Positions 32,836-43,185 of a DNA stretch of 64,000 nucleotides are shown here, in pieces (the first letter of the stretch is position 1; each line of letters opens with the position of its first letter). The position numbers and the translations under genes were made by a program. Location: NCBI GenBank assembly GCA_949297665.1, contig CASFTO010000090.1, positions 33,378 to 97,377 of the forward strand, written 5' to 3'. The DNA is from an uncultured Alphaproteobacteria bacterium (GTDB lineage: Bacteria; Pseudomonadota; Alphaproteobacteria; RF32; CAG-239). The notes beneath the pieces were generated by a model. That model was not told the DNA's origin. It ran no database searches and saw nothing but the letters and a program-made list of their open reading frames with translations.

Positions 32836-33684
32836 ATGAAAAAGAGAATCTTGGGTTTTACAATCTCTGCTGTTGCTGTGGTTGTTGTTGCCGTCGCTTC
32901 TTTTATATCTTTTAAAGTATATAATGCAAACGCAGGTGCTGATAAAGGTGTTGCTGCGAAAGTTAATGGTGAAATTATTTATGTTAATGATTTGAAACAA
33001 AGTTATGCTGATCATCCGCAAATTCAAGATAAAGTTTCTTTTGATGAATTTTATGCTAAAACTTTGGATGTGTTTGTTAACAGTAAATTGGTTTATCAAG
33101 CTGCTAAGGCTGCGAAAATTGAAGAGACTCCTGAGTATAAAAGACAATTGGTTACAGCTCAGGAAGATTTAGCTCGTAAACTATATCTTGAAAAAACTGT
33201 TGATGAAAAAGTTTCTGATCAGGCTATTCAGGATTTGTATAACGATTATAAATCTAAATTTGAGAGTCAAAAAGAAATTAAAGCTAAGCATATTTTAGTT
33301 GATTCTGAAGATAAAGCTAAAGAAGTTATTGCTAAATTGAAAAAAGGTGAAGATTTTGTAAAATTAGCTAATGAATATTCTAAGGATCAGGTTGAGTTGG
33401 GATATTTTACCGAAGATATGATGGTGCCGGCTTTTTCTAAAGCAGCTTTTAGTATGGATAAAGGTGAATTTTCTAAAGCTCCTGTTAAAACAGAATTCGG
33501 CTACCATGTTATATTAGTTGAAGATATCAGAGCTTCTAAACCTTTGGAATTAAAAGAAGTTGAACCTCAGTTGAGAAATATTGTTACTCAACAAGTTATT
33601 GCTAAAATTTTTGAAGATTTACGCAATAATGCTGATGTTGAACGTTATAGTTTAGATGGTAATAAACTTCCTGAAAAGAAATAA
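32836..33684 (+). CDS. Parvulin-type peptidyl-prolyl cis-trans isomerase (PpiC/SurA-like), periplasmic
   Basis: Signal/TM anchor followed by a PpiC domain (GELGYFTEDMMVPAF...FGYHVILVED). RBS GGAGG precedes the ATG at 32836. The ORF track starts at 32800. Confidence 0.8.
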   Translation: MKKRILGFTISAVAVVVVAVASFISFKVYNANAGADKGVAAKVNGEIIYVNDLKQSYADHPQIQDKVSFDEFYAKTLDVFVNSKLVYQAAKAAKIEETPEYKRQLVTAQEDLARKLYLEKTVDEKVSDQAIQDLYNDYKSKFESQKEIKAKHILVDSEDKAKEVIAKLKKGEDFVKLANEYSKDQVELGYFTEDMMVPAFSKAAFSMDKGEFSKAPVKTEFGYHVILVEDIRASKPLELKEVEPQLRNIVTQQVIAKIFEDLRNNADVERYSLDGNKLPEKK

Positions 33685-33700
33685 TTTTAACATTAAAAAA

Positions 33701-33727
33701 AGGGGCTCAGCAGAGCTCCTTTTTTTA
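33701..33727. terminator. Bidirectional intrinsic terminator
   Basis: aggggctc-agca-gagctcct flanked by an A-run and a T-run. Confidence 0.7.
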
Positions 33728-33771
33728 TGGCTAAAATAGTATATATACACCATATTTAGCTGAATATGAAT

Positions 33772-34275
33772 TCATCTGGATGCGATTGTATCCAAAAGCT
33801 TTTTGTTGGCTTCTTCTAACGTTATATTATCGCAAACTGCTACTTCGCTCGCCAGACGTTCTAATGCGTGTTCGTATATTTGACGTTCACTGTAAGATTG
33901 ATCTGCAAGGTTTTCGCTACGATGTAAATCTCTGATAACTTCTGCTACAGCAATGGGGTTACCAGAATTGATTTTATTTTCATATTCTTGGGCTCTTCTT
34001 GACCACATTACTTTTTTGACTCTGGGTTTGCCTTTGAGTGTGGCCAGAGCTTCTTTCATGGTCAATTCGTCAGAAATTTTACGCAATCCAACTTGCTCTA
34101 ATTTGGACATAGGGACTCGCAGAGTCATTTTGTCTTTGTCAAAATTGACTACAAGTAGTTCCATTTCACTGCCTGCAATTGTTTGTTTGGCAATGTTGGT
34201 TACTTTTCCAACTCCTTGGGTCGGATAAACAACATATTCTCCTGAGTTAAAGGTAACAACAGAATTTTTTTTCAT
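33772..34275 (-). CDS. carD: CarD/CdnL family RNA polymerase-binding transcription factor
   Basis: N-terminal Tudor-like RNAP-interacting domain (YVVYPTQGVGKV) and C-terminal helical domain. Confidence 0.85.
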   Translation of the reverse strand: MKKNSVVTFNSGEYVVYPTQGVGKVTNIAKQTIAGSEMELLVVNFDKDKMTLRVPMSKLEQVGLRKISDELTMKEALATLKGKPRVKKVMWSRRAQEYENKINSGNPIAVAEVIRDLHRSENLADQSYSERQIYEHALERLASEVAVCDNITLEEANKKLLDTIASR

Positions 34276-34387
34276 GCAGTATTTCCTCCTAGGTTATTAG
34301 TTATTATGAAAACGAACTGACTATATCATATTTTTTGAAACAAATCTATACCTAAAATTAAATTTTTTTGTTTTTTATCAAAAAAAA

Positions 34388-34858
34388 TTATTTTTTAGGA
34401 AATAAATTGGTTTGGCGGAGGGCTTCTCCTACAACCATTACGGCCGAAACGGCGACATTTATGGAACGTGCTTTGCTATTCATTGGTATTAGCAATCGTG
34501 CGTCAGCTATTTGGTGTACGGCTTCCGGGACACCGGCACTCTCTCGACCCATTAGAATAATGTCATTGGGATGAAATTCAAAGGTAGTGTAGGGTTGACT
34601 TGCGTGTGTGGTTAATAGTATTATCCTGCCATATTCGTCTGAATGTTCTTCTTTGTATCTTAAAAAATCTTGCCAAGAATTATGGCGGCGATAGTTTGCC
34701 ATACTTAAATAGTCCATTCCGGCGCGTTTCATGGCTTTTTCGTTAAAAATAAAACCGCATGGTTCTATGATGTCTATCGGCAAGTCCAGACAGGCACCCA
34801 ATCGTAACAGAGTGCCTGTATTTTGTGGAATATCAGGTTGAAATAGTGCTAGTCTCAT
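34388..34858 (-). CDS. trmL: tRNA (cytidine/uridine-2'-O)-methyltransferase TrmL (SpoU/YibK)
   Basis: SPOUT knot motifs; 156 aa. Confidence 0.85.
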   Translation of the reverse strand: MRLALFQPDIPQNTGTLLRLGACLDLPIDIIEPCGFIFNEKAMKRAGMDYLSMANYRRHNSWQDFLRYKEEHSDEYGRIILLTTHASQPYTTFEFHPNDIILMGRESAGVPEAVHQIADARLLIPMNSKARSINVAVSAVMVVGEALRQTNLFPKK

Positions 34859-34859
34859 T

Positions 34860-35303
34860 TTAGTTAGGCTTTACAATTTGTTCTTTTTTACTTCTGTATA
34901 CAGCTGCAAAATCAACAGGTGTCAGCATGAGCGGCGGTAAGCCGGCATTTGCTAAATTTGATGAAATGATTTGACGTGCATACGGGAATAGTAATTTAGG
35001 TATTTCGATAAATAATACCGGTTCTAATTTTTCTTCCGGTAAATGAACGGTACATGCTGCAGCATATGCTAATTCAAATATGAATAGACTTTCGTTGTTG
35101 ATGTCGGCGTTTATTCGTATGTTTAGAGTTACTTCGAAGTTGTTTTCATTGAGTTTGTTGACATCTATATTTAAATCTACGTTGATTTTGGGTTGATTGT
35201 TTAGTTTTGAAAAAATAGATGGAGCATGGGGGACTTCTAAAGACATATCGCGGATATATTGCATATTCAGACTTACTTCACCTGTTTCTGGAGTATTACT
35301 CAT
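34860..35303 (-). CDS. secB: Protein-export chaperone SecB
   Basis: 147 aa with characteristic SecB core (FEV..N...P, LLFPYARQ). Confidence 0.85.
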   Translation of the reverse strand: MSNTPETGEVSLNMQYIRDMSLEVPHAPSIFSKLNNQPKINVDLNIDVNKLNENNFEVTLNIRINADINNESLFIFELAYAAACTVHLPEEKLEPVLFIEIPKLLFPYARQIISSNLANAGLPPLMLTPVDFAAVYRSKKEQIVKPN

Positions 35304-35438
35304 TTCTTTAATTCCTTTCCTTTGAAATTTTATATACCTTTAATATAGAAGTTTATTTTTATACGTCAAATATTATAGTTGATAATAAAGATATTTAACG
35401 CTATATTATATTTGTATCTTTAATAGAGGTGTAGAAAA

Positions 35439-36080
35439 ATGTCAGGATATTTGGATATAATATTTTTATTGGTTTTAGTTGTTATTATTTTTAGTAAGTT
35501 GAAAAGCGTTTTGGGGACAGGGGCTGAAGATGCTAAGGTTATTATGATCCCAAAAGAGCAATTTGAAAAAGTTTATCATGAATTGAAGAAAAATACTTTA
35601 AACGAATCTGTTGCGAAGGTTGATTTAGATAAATTGTCTCCGTTGGATAGAGATTTAGTTAGAATTCCTAATTTTAACAAGAATGTTTTTATTAAAGGTG
35701 CTCAAAAAGCCTTTGAAATGATTTTGTCTGCTTTTAGTAAAGGTGATGCTCGCGCTTTATCCAAGTTAGTTAATACTGAACTGCTGAAAAAGTTTGAGGA
35801 TGTTATTAAATCTCGTAAAGAGCAAGGAATTACCGCTGAAACAGATTTAATTGGTTTTATTGAAACAGAAGTGGAATCGGTTAAATTTGTTGAAAACGAT
35901 AAAGTTAATTTAGTTGTTAAGTTTGTTAGCGAGCAGGTTAATTTGTTAAAAGATGCCCATGGTGAAGTTATTGAAGGTGATGAAAATTATGTACAGACAA
36001 TTTCTGATGTTTGGACTTTTGAAAAACCTTTGAATCCTAGAGTTACTAATTGGTTGTTGTGTTCTACGAAAAAATGCTGA
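35439..36080 (+). CDS. Tim44-like domain protein
   Basis: N-terminal TM helix plus C-terminal Tim44-like/NTF2 fold region. The conserved alphaproteobacterial neighbourhood with secB and mltA supports the call. Confidence 0.7.
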   Translation: MSGYLDIIFLLVLVVIIFSKLKSVLGTGAEDAKVIMIPKEQFEKVYHELKKNTLNESVAKVDLDKLSPLDRDLVRIPNFNKNVFIKGAQKAFEMILSAFSKGDARALSKLVNTELLKKFEDVIKSRKEQGITAETDLIGFIETEVESVKFVENDKVNLVVKFVSEQVNLLKDAHGEVIEGDENYVQTISDVWTFEKPLNPRVTNWLLCSTKKC

Positions 36081-37231
36081 AAAAAGGACTTGTTGTTTTG
36101 GTCGTGGCCTTTTTAGCTTCTTGTTCTAGTGGGGAGAAAGAAGATGTTGTATCGTCCGCTTTTGATTTACATAAGGTTGAGTTTTCTCAGTTAAAAAACT
36201 GGAATGAGGATGATGCAGTTGGCTTTGGTAAGGCTTTGCGTGATGTTTGTATTAAACTGCAGCGCCAAACTTCTCCGTATTTAGGTAGTGAAAAAATTAA
36301 TTATTCTTTGAGTTCATATAAAAAGCATTGTCAGAATATTTTAGAACTTCATGATGATACTGAAGTAAAATCTTATATTGGACAATATTTTCAGCCTTAT
36401 GCTGTCGTTGTGGATGGAGATGTTAAGGGAAAGTTTACTTCATATTATGAGGCGACGCTGCGTGCTAGTTATACACGCGGAGGGAAGTATCAATATCCTA
36501 TTTATGGCAAACCTAAAGATTTAGTTGAAATAAATTTAAGAGATTTTGATAGCTCTTTGCCTAATATGCGTTTGGTTGGTCGTGTTAAAGATGGGAAAAT
36601 GGTTAAGTATTATACGCGCCAAGAAATAGATGAAGGGAAACTTGAGGCGCCTGTAATATTATGGGGTGATGATCCTGTTGATATTTATATTATGCAGATT
36701 CAAGGAGCAGGCGTGGCTACATTACCGGATGGTAAGGAAATACGCGTGGCGTATGCGGATAATAATGGGCATAAATTTAAGGGAATCGGTTCTATTTTAT
36801 TAGAAAAAGGATTGATAAAATCGGGTGACGCATCTATGCCGAAAATTCGTGAATGGTTGCGCGAAAATGGTGAAACGGCTAAGAAAAATATGTTGCTGAA
36901 TGATAGATTTATTTTTCATAAAATTGTTGACGCTGAAGGTCCTATCGGGGCAATGGGGCTTCCTCTTGTGGCTGGAAGAAGTTTAGCCGTTGATAAGCAT
37001 TATATCCCGCTTGGCTCTATTATGTGGTTGGAAACGACCGGACCTGATGGCGAACCTATCAACAAGTTGGTTATGGCTGAAGATGTCGGGAGTGCCATAA
37101 AAGGAGGAATTCGCGGTGATTATTTCTGGGGACATGGTGAGGAAGCCTTAGAATCTGCCGGAAGAATGAATTCTGAAGGGTGTTATTTTATTTTGATACC
37201 AAATGATGCTGAGGTCAAAATAAATGACTGA
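36074..37231 (+). CDS. mltA: Membrane-bound lytic murein transglycosylase A (MltA), lipoprotein
   Basis: Lipobox FLASC; MltA and 3D domains (IMQIQGAG, GSAIKGGIRGDYFWG). Confidence 0.8.
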   Translation: MLKKGLVVLVVAFLASCSSGEKEDVVSSAFDLHKVEFSQLKNWNEDDAVGFGKALRDVCIKLQRQTSPYLGSEKINYSLSSYKKHCQNILELHDDTEVKSYIGQYFQPYAVVVDGDVKGKFTSYYEATLRASYTRGGKYQYPIYGKPKDLVEINLRDFDSSLPNMRLVGRVKDGKMVKYYTRQEIDEGKLEAPVILWGDDPVDIYIMQIQGAGVATLPDGKEIRVAYADNNGHKFKGIGSILLEKGLIKSGDASMPKIREWLRENGETAKKNMLLNDRFIFHKIVDAEGPIGAMGLPLVAGRSLAVDKHYIPLGSIMWLETTGPDGEPINKLVMAEDVGSAIKGGIRGDYFWGHGEEALESAGRMNSEGCYFILIPNDAEVKIND

Positions 37232-37739
37232 TACAGATGAAAATGAAACGTGGGAAGAAGTGGTTAAAGGAGTTAAACCTTTAAAAACGAATCGTTTTGT
37301 AGGTGATGTTGAAGCAAAAGAAGTAGTTATTCGTCAAGATAAGATTACGACGGTTACATTTGATACGTTAAAAAAATATCGTTGCGTTGAAAAAGATGAC
37401 TTTTCGCAAATGGATGGCTCTTTGGCAAAAAGATTTAGGCGTGAAGAGTTTAAAATCGAAGCAACGCTTGATTTGCATGGAATGACGGAAAAGTCAGCGT
37501 TTGACGAAGTATGTGATTTTATTAAATCTGCTTATAATCAGGGTAAACGTTGCGTTTTGATTGTTACAGGAAAAGGTTATGATGATACCTTATTTAGTGA
37601 GAAAGGGGTATTGCGCAAATCTGTTCCAAATTGGTTATCTCATACGGAAATAAGTTCTTTGATTTTGGCATATAAAAATCCGTCAGAGGCAAAAGGCGGG
37701 GCGGGTGCTTTGTATATTTTATTGCGTAAAAAAAGTTAG
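37224..37739 (+). CDS. Smr domain protein
   Basis: C-terminal Smr domain LDLHGMT...VLIVTGKG. Confidence 0.8.
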   Translation: MTDTDENETWEEVVKGVKPLKTNRFVGDVEAKEVVIRQDKITTVTFDTLKKYRCVEKDDFSQMDGSLAKRFRREEFKIEATLDLHGMTEKSAFDEVCDFIKSAYNQGKRCVLIVTGKGYDDTLFSEKGVLRKSVPNWLSHTEISSLILAYKNPSEAKGGAGALYILLRKKS

Positions 37740-37762
37740 TTTTATTTTGTTTTTTATAAAAG

Positions 37763-37795
37763 AAAACCCCACTTTAGCGGTGGGGTTTTTCTTTT
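37763..37795. terminator. Bidirectional intrinsic terminator between smr and valS
   Basis: aaaaccccac-tttagcg-gtggggtttt followed by a T-run. Confidence 0.8.
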
Positions 37796-37811
37796 GTAGA
37801 GAGTTTATTAA

Positions 37812-40448
37812 CTAGCTCACTTTTTTCTTTTCAGGAATAAAGTTTTGGTCGAGCATAATATTTTCAACAGCTAACTCTGTTGATGGTTGGTATGCAATAC
37901 CACTTTCTATAATGTTTCCAACGTTTAATAGGTCAGAATCGTTAGATTTTAAGCAAGAAATTGTTTTTTCATCTGCTTTGATTACCAGACTTAAAACAGG
38001 GTTCTTTTGAGATTTATTCTCAATGGTCTTTTGCTTACGAATTTCTGTAGAAACGGTAGAAATTGTGTTGTACAGAAGAGCGTTTTCTGCACTAATAGAA
38101 TCTAAGCAACTTAATGATGTCCAAAGTTCTTTGTGAACAGAAATGTCTGTTGCTTTTTTCCATGGACGTGCTTGATATACTTCTTCAGTAATGAATGGGC
38201 AGAATGGAGCTAACAATTTGATAAAGGTATCAAGTGAGAGCTTTAAGGTTGCGATTGCTGAAGAGTTATCTTCGGAGTATGCACGTTTTTTTACAATTTC
38301 AACATAGTTATCGCAGAAATCCCAGAAACGTGTTTCTATTGCATCAAGAGCTAATGAATAGTCGTAGTTTTCAAAGCTCTGTTTTGCTGATTTTATGGTG
38401 TCTGCCAAATTCTTAATCCAAGATTTATCTAAGCTATTGGTTATATCATTCAGATAATCGGCAGATGTTGAATTGCCAACAATCATAAATACAAATTTGC
38501 TGGCGTTGTACATTTTTACAACCAACTTACGACCTTGTTGCATCATCTTTTCTTCAAAAGCCGTATCCGCACCGAGTTTTGCTTTGGCTGCCCAATAACG
38601 AACAGCGTCGGCAGAGTGATTTTCAATCAAATGCATCGGCGTTACAACGTTTCCTTTGGATTTGCTCATCTTTTTACGGTCTGGATCAAGGATAAAACCA
38701 CTGATGAGTGTTTTGTACCAAGGAATTGTGTTTTCGTGCATTAAGCTTTTGGCAATTGTGTAGAAAGCCCAAGTACGAATAATGTCGTGAGCTTGCGGGC
38801 GAATATCAAACGGCATAGATAAATTTGAGTTATCTTTTGCCATAGCCATTGCGATTTGTGGTGTTAAAGAAGATGTTGCCCATGTATCCATAACATCAGG
38901 GTCTCCGGCAAATCCGTTTGGTTGGTTTCTTTGAGCTTCTGTATAGCCGTTTGGAGTATCTGCCATTGGGTCTATAGGAAGTTGGTCTTTTTCTGGCAAA
39001 ATAACGCTATTATAATCAATATTTCCGTTAGCATCTACTTTGTACCAAACAGGGAATGGAACGCCAAAATAACGTTGACGGCTAATGCACCAATCTTGGT
39101 TTAATCCTTCGGTCCATGTTTCATAACGATGTTGCATATATGCCGGTAACCATTCAATTTTGCGTCCAGCGGAGAGCATTTCTTGTTTCATATCCATCAA
39201 GTTGATAAACCATTGACGAGATGGCACGAATTCAAGCGGTAAATTACCTTTTTCATAGAATTTTACCGGATGCATAATTTTTCTGGGTTCGCCGATTAAG
39301 TAGCCTTGTTCTTTTAACATTTCGGCAACTTTCTTTTTAGCGATATGCGCAGGCAAACCAATTAATTGATTAAAGTTCTGTTGAGCTTTTTCTTTATTAA
39401 GCGTAGTGAAAGGACCTTCGCCGTAGGTGATGTTCATGATTTTGCCATCAAGACCGATGATTTGCTTAATCGGCAGACCGGATTTTTTCCACCAAGCAAC
39501 GTCGGCGGCATCACCAAAGGTGCAGACCATCATAATACCGGTTCCTTTGTCTTTTTCAGCGTGTTCGGATGCAACAATCGGAACAGGAATATCAAACAAC
39601 GGAACAATGGCTGTTTTGCCGAATAAATGTTTGTAACGTTCATCATCCGGATGAGCCACAATAGCTAAGCAAGCGGCTAAAAATTCCGGACGAGTGGTAG
39701 CGATAGTAAAGGTTTCGTCGCTGTCTTTAACACTAAAGCGAATATCGTGGAAGTAACCCTCCATTTCTTTATCTTCAACTTCGGCTTGAGAAACAGCGGA
39801 TTTAAATGTAACATCCCACATAATCGGAGCTTCTACGGCTACGACTTTGCCTTTTTTGTATAAATCCAAGAAGGATGCTTGAGAGATTTTTATGGATGTC
39901 GGACTGATTGTGGAATAAGTCAAATTCCAATCATAAGAGTGTCCGATACGACGGAAAACGTTTTCAAAGATTTTTTCATCTTCTGCGGTTAGGGTTTCGC
40001 AGGCTTCAATAAAGTTTTTGCGGGAAATTTCTTTGCGTTCGTCTTTGCTGTTTTCAATATGAACAGGTTTGAAATTCGGGTCATAAGCAACTTTGGGGTT
40101 GCAAGCGATGTTATAATAGTTTTGAACACGGCGTTCTGTCGGTAAGCCGTTGTCGTCCCAGCCGATTGGGTAGAACACGGATTTTCCCTGCATGCGTTGA
40201 TATCTGGCAATAATATCGGTTTGAGTATAGCTGAAAATGTGACCGATATGCAAAGAGCCGGAGACGGTTGGCGGCGGGGTATCTATCACAAAACTGTTGT
40301 CACGGCTTTGTGTGGCATCATATTTATAAACCTCGTTTGCGCTCCAATATGCGTCGCAACGTTTTTCTATTTCTTCGGCATTAAATTGACTATCTAATCC
40401 TTGTTCTTCTTTATAAGACATTGTTTCGTTTACTCCAATAAAAATCAA
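37812..40448 (-). CDS. valS: Valine--tRNA ligase
   Basis: 878 aa; HIGH (SLHIGH) and KMSKS motifs; class I editing-type aminoacyl-tRNA synthetase architecture. Confidence 0.95.
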   Translation of the reverse strand: MIFIGVNETMSYKEEQGLDSQFNAEEIEKRCDAYWSANEVYKYDATQSRDNSFVIDTPPPTVSGSLHIGHIFSYTQTDIIARYQRMQGKSVFYPIGWDDNGLPTERRVQNYYNIACNPKVAYDPNFKPVHIENSKDERKEISRKNFIEACETLTAEDEKIFENVFRRIGHSYDWNLTYSTISPTSIKISQASFLDLYKKGKVVAVEAPIMWDVTFKSAVSQAEVEDKEMEGYFHDIRFSVKDSDETFTIATTRPEFLAACLAIVAHPDDERYKHLFGKTAIVPLFDIPVPIVASEHAEKDKGTGIMMVCTFGDAADVAWWKKSGLPIKQIIGLDGKIMNITYGEGPFTTLNKEKAQQNFNQLIGLPAHIAKKKVAEMLKEQGYLIGEPRKIMHPVKFYEKGNLPLEFVPSRQWFINLMDMKQEMLSAGRKIEWLPAYMQHRYETWTEGLNQDWCISRQRYFGVPFPVWYKVDANGNIDYNSVILPEKDQLPIDPMADTPNGYTEAQRNQPNGFAGDPDVMDTWATSSLTPQIAMAMAKDNSNLSMPFDIRPQAHDIIRTWAFYTIAKSLMHENTIPWYKTLISGFILDPDRKKMSKSKGNVVTPMHLIENHSADAVRYWAAKAKLGADTAFEEKMMQQGRKLVVKMYNASKFVFMIVGNSTSADYLNDITNSLDKSWIKNLADTIKSAKQSFENYDYSLALDAIETRFWDFCDNYVEIVKKRAYSEDNSSAIATLKLSLDTFIKLLAPFCPFITEEVYQARPWKKATDISVHKELWTSLSCLDSISAENALLYNTISTVSTEIRKQKTIENKSQKNPVLSLVIKADEKTISCLKSNDSDLLNVGNIIESGIAYQPSTELAVENIMLDQNFIPEKKKVS

Positions 40449-40507
40449 ACTGTTGCAGATTTTAGCAAGAGCTTATTTAAAAGTAAAGGATTTAAATGGT
40501 TTTGAAT

Positions 40508-40880
40508 GAGCGGTTTAAGCGAAAAAGGCGATTTTTTGAGATTGTGGGGCAAGGGAGATTTTGAGGTTTAAAGTCTATTTGTTTAAAAAAGCGGAGTCAA
40601 ATTGACGGAATCTACAAAAAAGTATTGAAAACAATAGAAAAAGATGTTATAGTTAAGATGTGAATTTATATTTAGGTGTTTTGAATTATTTTAGAGTTTA
40701 TTATGCAAGTGGTCTTTCGGGATTATTTACTGATAACTTCTCTGGAAGAATTTGAAATGCCTTTTTTATGTTGAATTTTTAATTTAATATCCATATGAGA
40801 GCAACAAATTTTTTCTTTAAAACAGCCTTATGTGCTGTTTTTGCATTGGTGGCGATAGCCATTAATGCTCAGAAGATTGT
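40508..40880 (+). repeat. Direct repeat copy 1 (promoter + 5' leader + signal-peptide coding) shared with 41723-42095
   Basis: Roughly 370 bp at about 95% identity by eye; includes identical Met-Arg-Ala-Thr-Asn-Phe-Phe-Phe-Lys-Thr... signal peptides. Confidence 0.9.
40625..40653 (+). promoter_or_regulatory. Sigma70-like promoter TTGAAA-N17-TATAGT inside repeat copy 1 (the identical element in copy 2 is at 41841-41869)
   Basis: Hexamers and spacing read from the sequence; lies about 140 nt upstream of the ATG. Confidence 0.4.
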
Positions 40881-41646
40881 TAATGGAGTGTCTTTGACCA
40901 AGAAAGAGGTCAAGGAACTCTTAGTGAAAGATCCCTCTATGAGAATTTCCATGGAGGAAAAAGAAATCTCTCGCGCGGCAGATTCTATCCGCGTAGAGAG
41001 AAAGATCGCGTACACACGCGATAATTCTTTTTTCTTTTATCGGGATACAATCTCCCGATACGTTGGGAATTCAAATGAAATTGATTTTGCCACGAAGGAA
41101 GCCGTGCTTCGTGGTGAAAAAGAAGTCCGCTCAAGCGCACAGCGTGCGGACGGAACCAGAATTAACGGTATCTATGTATCTGCTCTGGGAGGAGCGGATT
41201 ATGTGGATAAGACGCTGAACGCCAAGGCAGGTGTTCGCGTTGGTGTGAATTTTAAGCGCCTTCTGCTTGAAGTGGAAGGAGCTTATTCCACCAGCGCGCA
41301 TACTTCTCGCTCCACCTTGAGTGGGAAGTATGACATCATTGCCGTAAGTGGCAATGTAGGATATAAGTTCTGGCAAGACCGGAACTATCGTTCCTATATT
41401 GCTGCTGTATTGTCTGCCGGATATGCCCTGCAGACATCAAGCGGCTCGGATGATGTCGCCAGAACCCAGAATTACGGGTTCATTGGGGCGTTGAATCTGC
41501 GGGGAGCTTGGTCGTTTGCCCCTAGCTGGCTTCTCTTCGGAGAAGTTGGTGCCACCCTGAAGCCGGAGGTGTTCCATACGGAAGGATGGCAGCAGATGGA
41601 CAACATTGGTCCGTGTGCCGCTCTAGGGCTGACCTACCTCTTCTAA
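40795..41646 (+). CDS. Outer-membrane beta-barrel protein (paralog 1)
   Basis: Signal peptide MRATNFFFKTALCAVFALVAIAINAQK; C-terminal ...LGLTYLF; GC-rich body. Confidence 0.75.
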   Translation: MRATNFFFKTALCAVFALVAIAINAQKIVNGVSLTKKEVKELLVKDPSMRISMEEKEISRAADSIRVERKIAYTRDNSFFFYRDTISRYVGNSNEIDFATKEAVLRGEKEVRSSAQRADGTRINGIYVSALGGADYVDKTLNAKAGVRVGVNFKRLLLEVEGAYSTSAHTSRSTLSGKYDIIAVSGNVGYKFWQDRNYRSYIAAVLSAGYALQTSSGSDDVARTQNYGFIGALNLRGAWSFAPSWLLFGEVGATLKPEVFHTEGWQQMDNIGPCAALGLTYLF

Positions 41647-41722
41647 AAGACCACTTTATGAAACAGCAGATTTTAGGAATTCCCTAAAGTTTGCTGTTTC
41701 TTTTTGTTTTAAAAGGATTTTT

Positions 41723-42095
41723 TGAGCGGTTTAAGCGGAAAAGGGCGATTTTTTGAGATTTTAGAGAGAGGGGGAATTTGAGGTTTAAAGTCTATTTGTT
41801 TAAAAAAGCGGAGTCAAATTGACGGAATCTACAAAAAAGTATTGAAAACAATAGAAAAAGATGTTATAGTTAAGATGTGAATTTATATATTAGGTGTTTT
41901 GAATTATTCTAGAATTTTATTATGTGGTGGTCTCTTAGGGATTATTTACTGATAACTTCTCTGGAAGAATTTGAAATGCCTTTTTTATGTTGAATTTTTA
42001 ATTTAATATCCATATGAGAGCAACAAATTTTTTCTTTAAAACAGTCCTCGTGGCTGTTTTTGCATTGGTGGCGATAGCCGCTAGTGCTCAGAAAG
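41723..42095 (+). repeat. Direct repeat copy 2 of the promoter/leader/signal-peptide cassette
   Basis: See copy 1. Confidence 0.9.
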
Positions 42096-43024
42096 TGGTT
42101 AAAAATATCAATGTACGCGACACCACAGCGTGCGTTGCATATTTAAGTGAGAACTTAAGAGACACTATTGCGTCAGTGTCTCGTTGTGAGAGAAATGACA
42201 CCGTGTTCGTGAAAACGACGCGCGTGTTTGTAAAAAACAACGCTGTCGTTTTCCGGACAGACAGCGATGTCTATACACTAGATCCGGAATATCTGGCAAA
42301 GAAGGCTGAAAATGCTGCTTTGCTGGATACCCTCTACAAGAAGAGCGTTGGAGCTCTCTTTGTAGAGAAAGTGAAATCCGCAGGCGAGGAAAACAAAAGA
42401 GACACTTACTTCACGGAGGTAGGTGATTCTTTAAGAATTCCGCACGCCTCTGCGGACAAATACGGTGCGTCATTGGAAGTCTCTGGCGGTTGCTTGTTCT
42501 CCGAAACGGTGACAAGCCCGCTGATCAGCGTCGGCTTTGAATATTCCGGCTCATGGTGGGCTGGGATTTTAAACGCCGAGATTGGCTGGAACAAGTATAA
42601 TAAGAACGCGGTGAATGCCGGAAGTTCTTATTTAACTTACAGCACCGAACTCTTGGGTGCTGTACAGCCGTTCAAGCTCAACAAGGCCAACACCGCCAGA
42701 TTGTTTCTGGTCGGTGGTGCCGGCTTCCAGTGGTATTCCACTGACTCCAAGCCTTGGTTAGGCGAGGATGGTCAGTGGTACGATTTCCGCAGCGGCGGAA
42801 ATTCACCGTATTGGACGGCAGGTCTCCGCTTTGAGTGGCGGAAATTTGCCACTGGCAATAGCTGGACGGTATCAATACTTTACCGTCAGCTGACAGGTTC
42901 CGGAGTCATCCAGAACGCTTCTCTTGAAAGAGAGAATGGCGTGATGGTGAAGGTCGGATACTCGTTCGGTCTTTGCCGGAACAAGGTTGGTTCCGTTAAG
43001 GAGTCAAAGGCACTGGCTTACTAA
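42014..43024 (+). CDS. Outer-membrane beta-barrel protein (paralog 2; mature domain unrelated to paralog 1)
   Basis: Signal peptide MRATNFFFKTVLVAVFALVAIAASAQK; Gly/aromatic-rich strands; GC-rich body. Confidence 0.75.
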   Translation: MRATNFFFKTVLVAVFALVAIAASAQKVVKNINVRDTTACVAYLSENLRDTIASVSRCERNDTVFVKTTRVFVKNNAVVFRTDSDVYTLDPEYLAKKAENAALLDTLYKKSVGALFVEKVKSAGEENKRDTYFTEVGDSLRIPHASADKYGASLEVSGGCLFSETVTSPLISVGFEYSGSWWAGILNAEIGWNKYNKNAVNAGSSYLTYSTELLGAVQPFKLNKANTARLFLVGGAGFQWYSTDSKPWLGEDGQWYDFRSGGNSPYWTAGLRFEWRKFATGNSWTVSILYRQLTGSGVIQNASLERENGVMVKVGYSFGLCRNKVGSVKESKALAY

Positions 43025-43185
43025 TAATTGCAGGGAAAGATGAGGGCGTATGCTCTCGCTTTCTCTGCTTTTTTTATGGTTAAAAAGGGGATTTTTGAGT
43101 GTTTTTAGGATTATAGCGCGCGATTTTTGTTGTTTTAGACGGAAAAATAGGGTATAATTCTATTCAGAACTAAAATTATTTAGAT

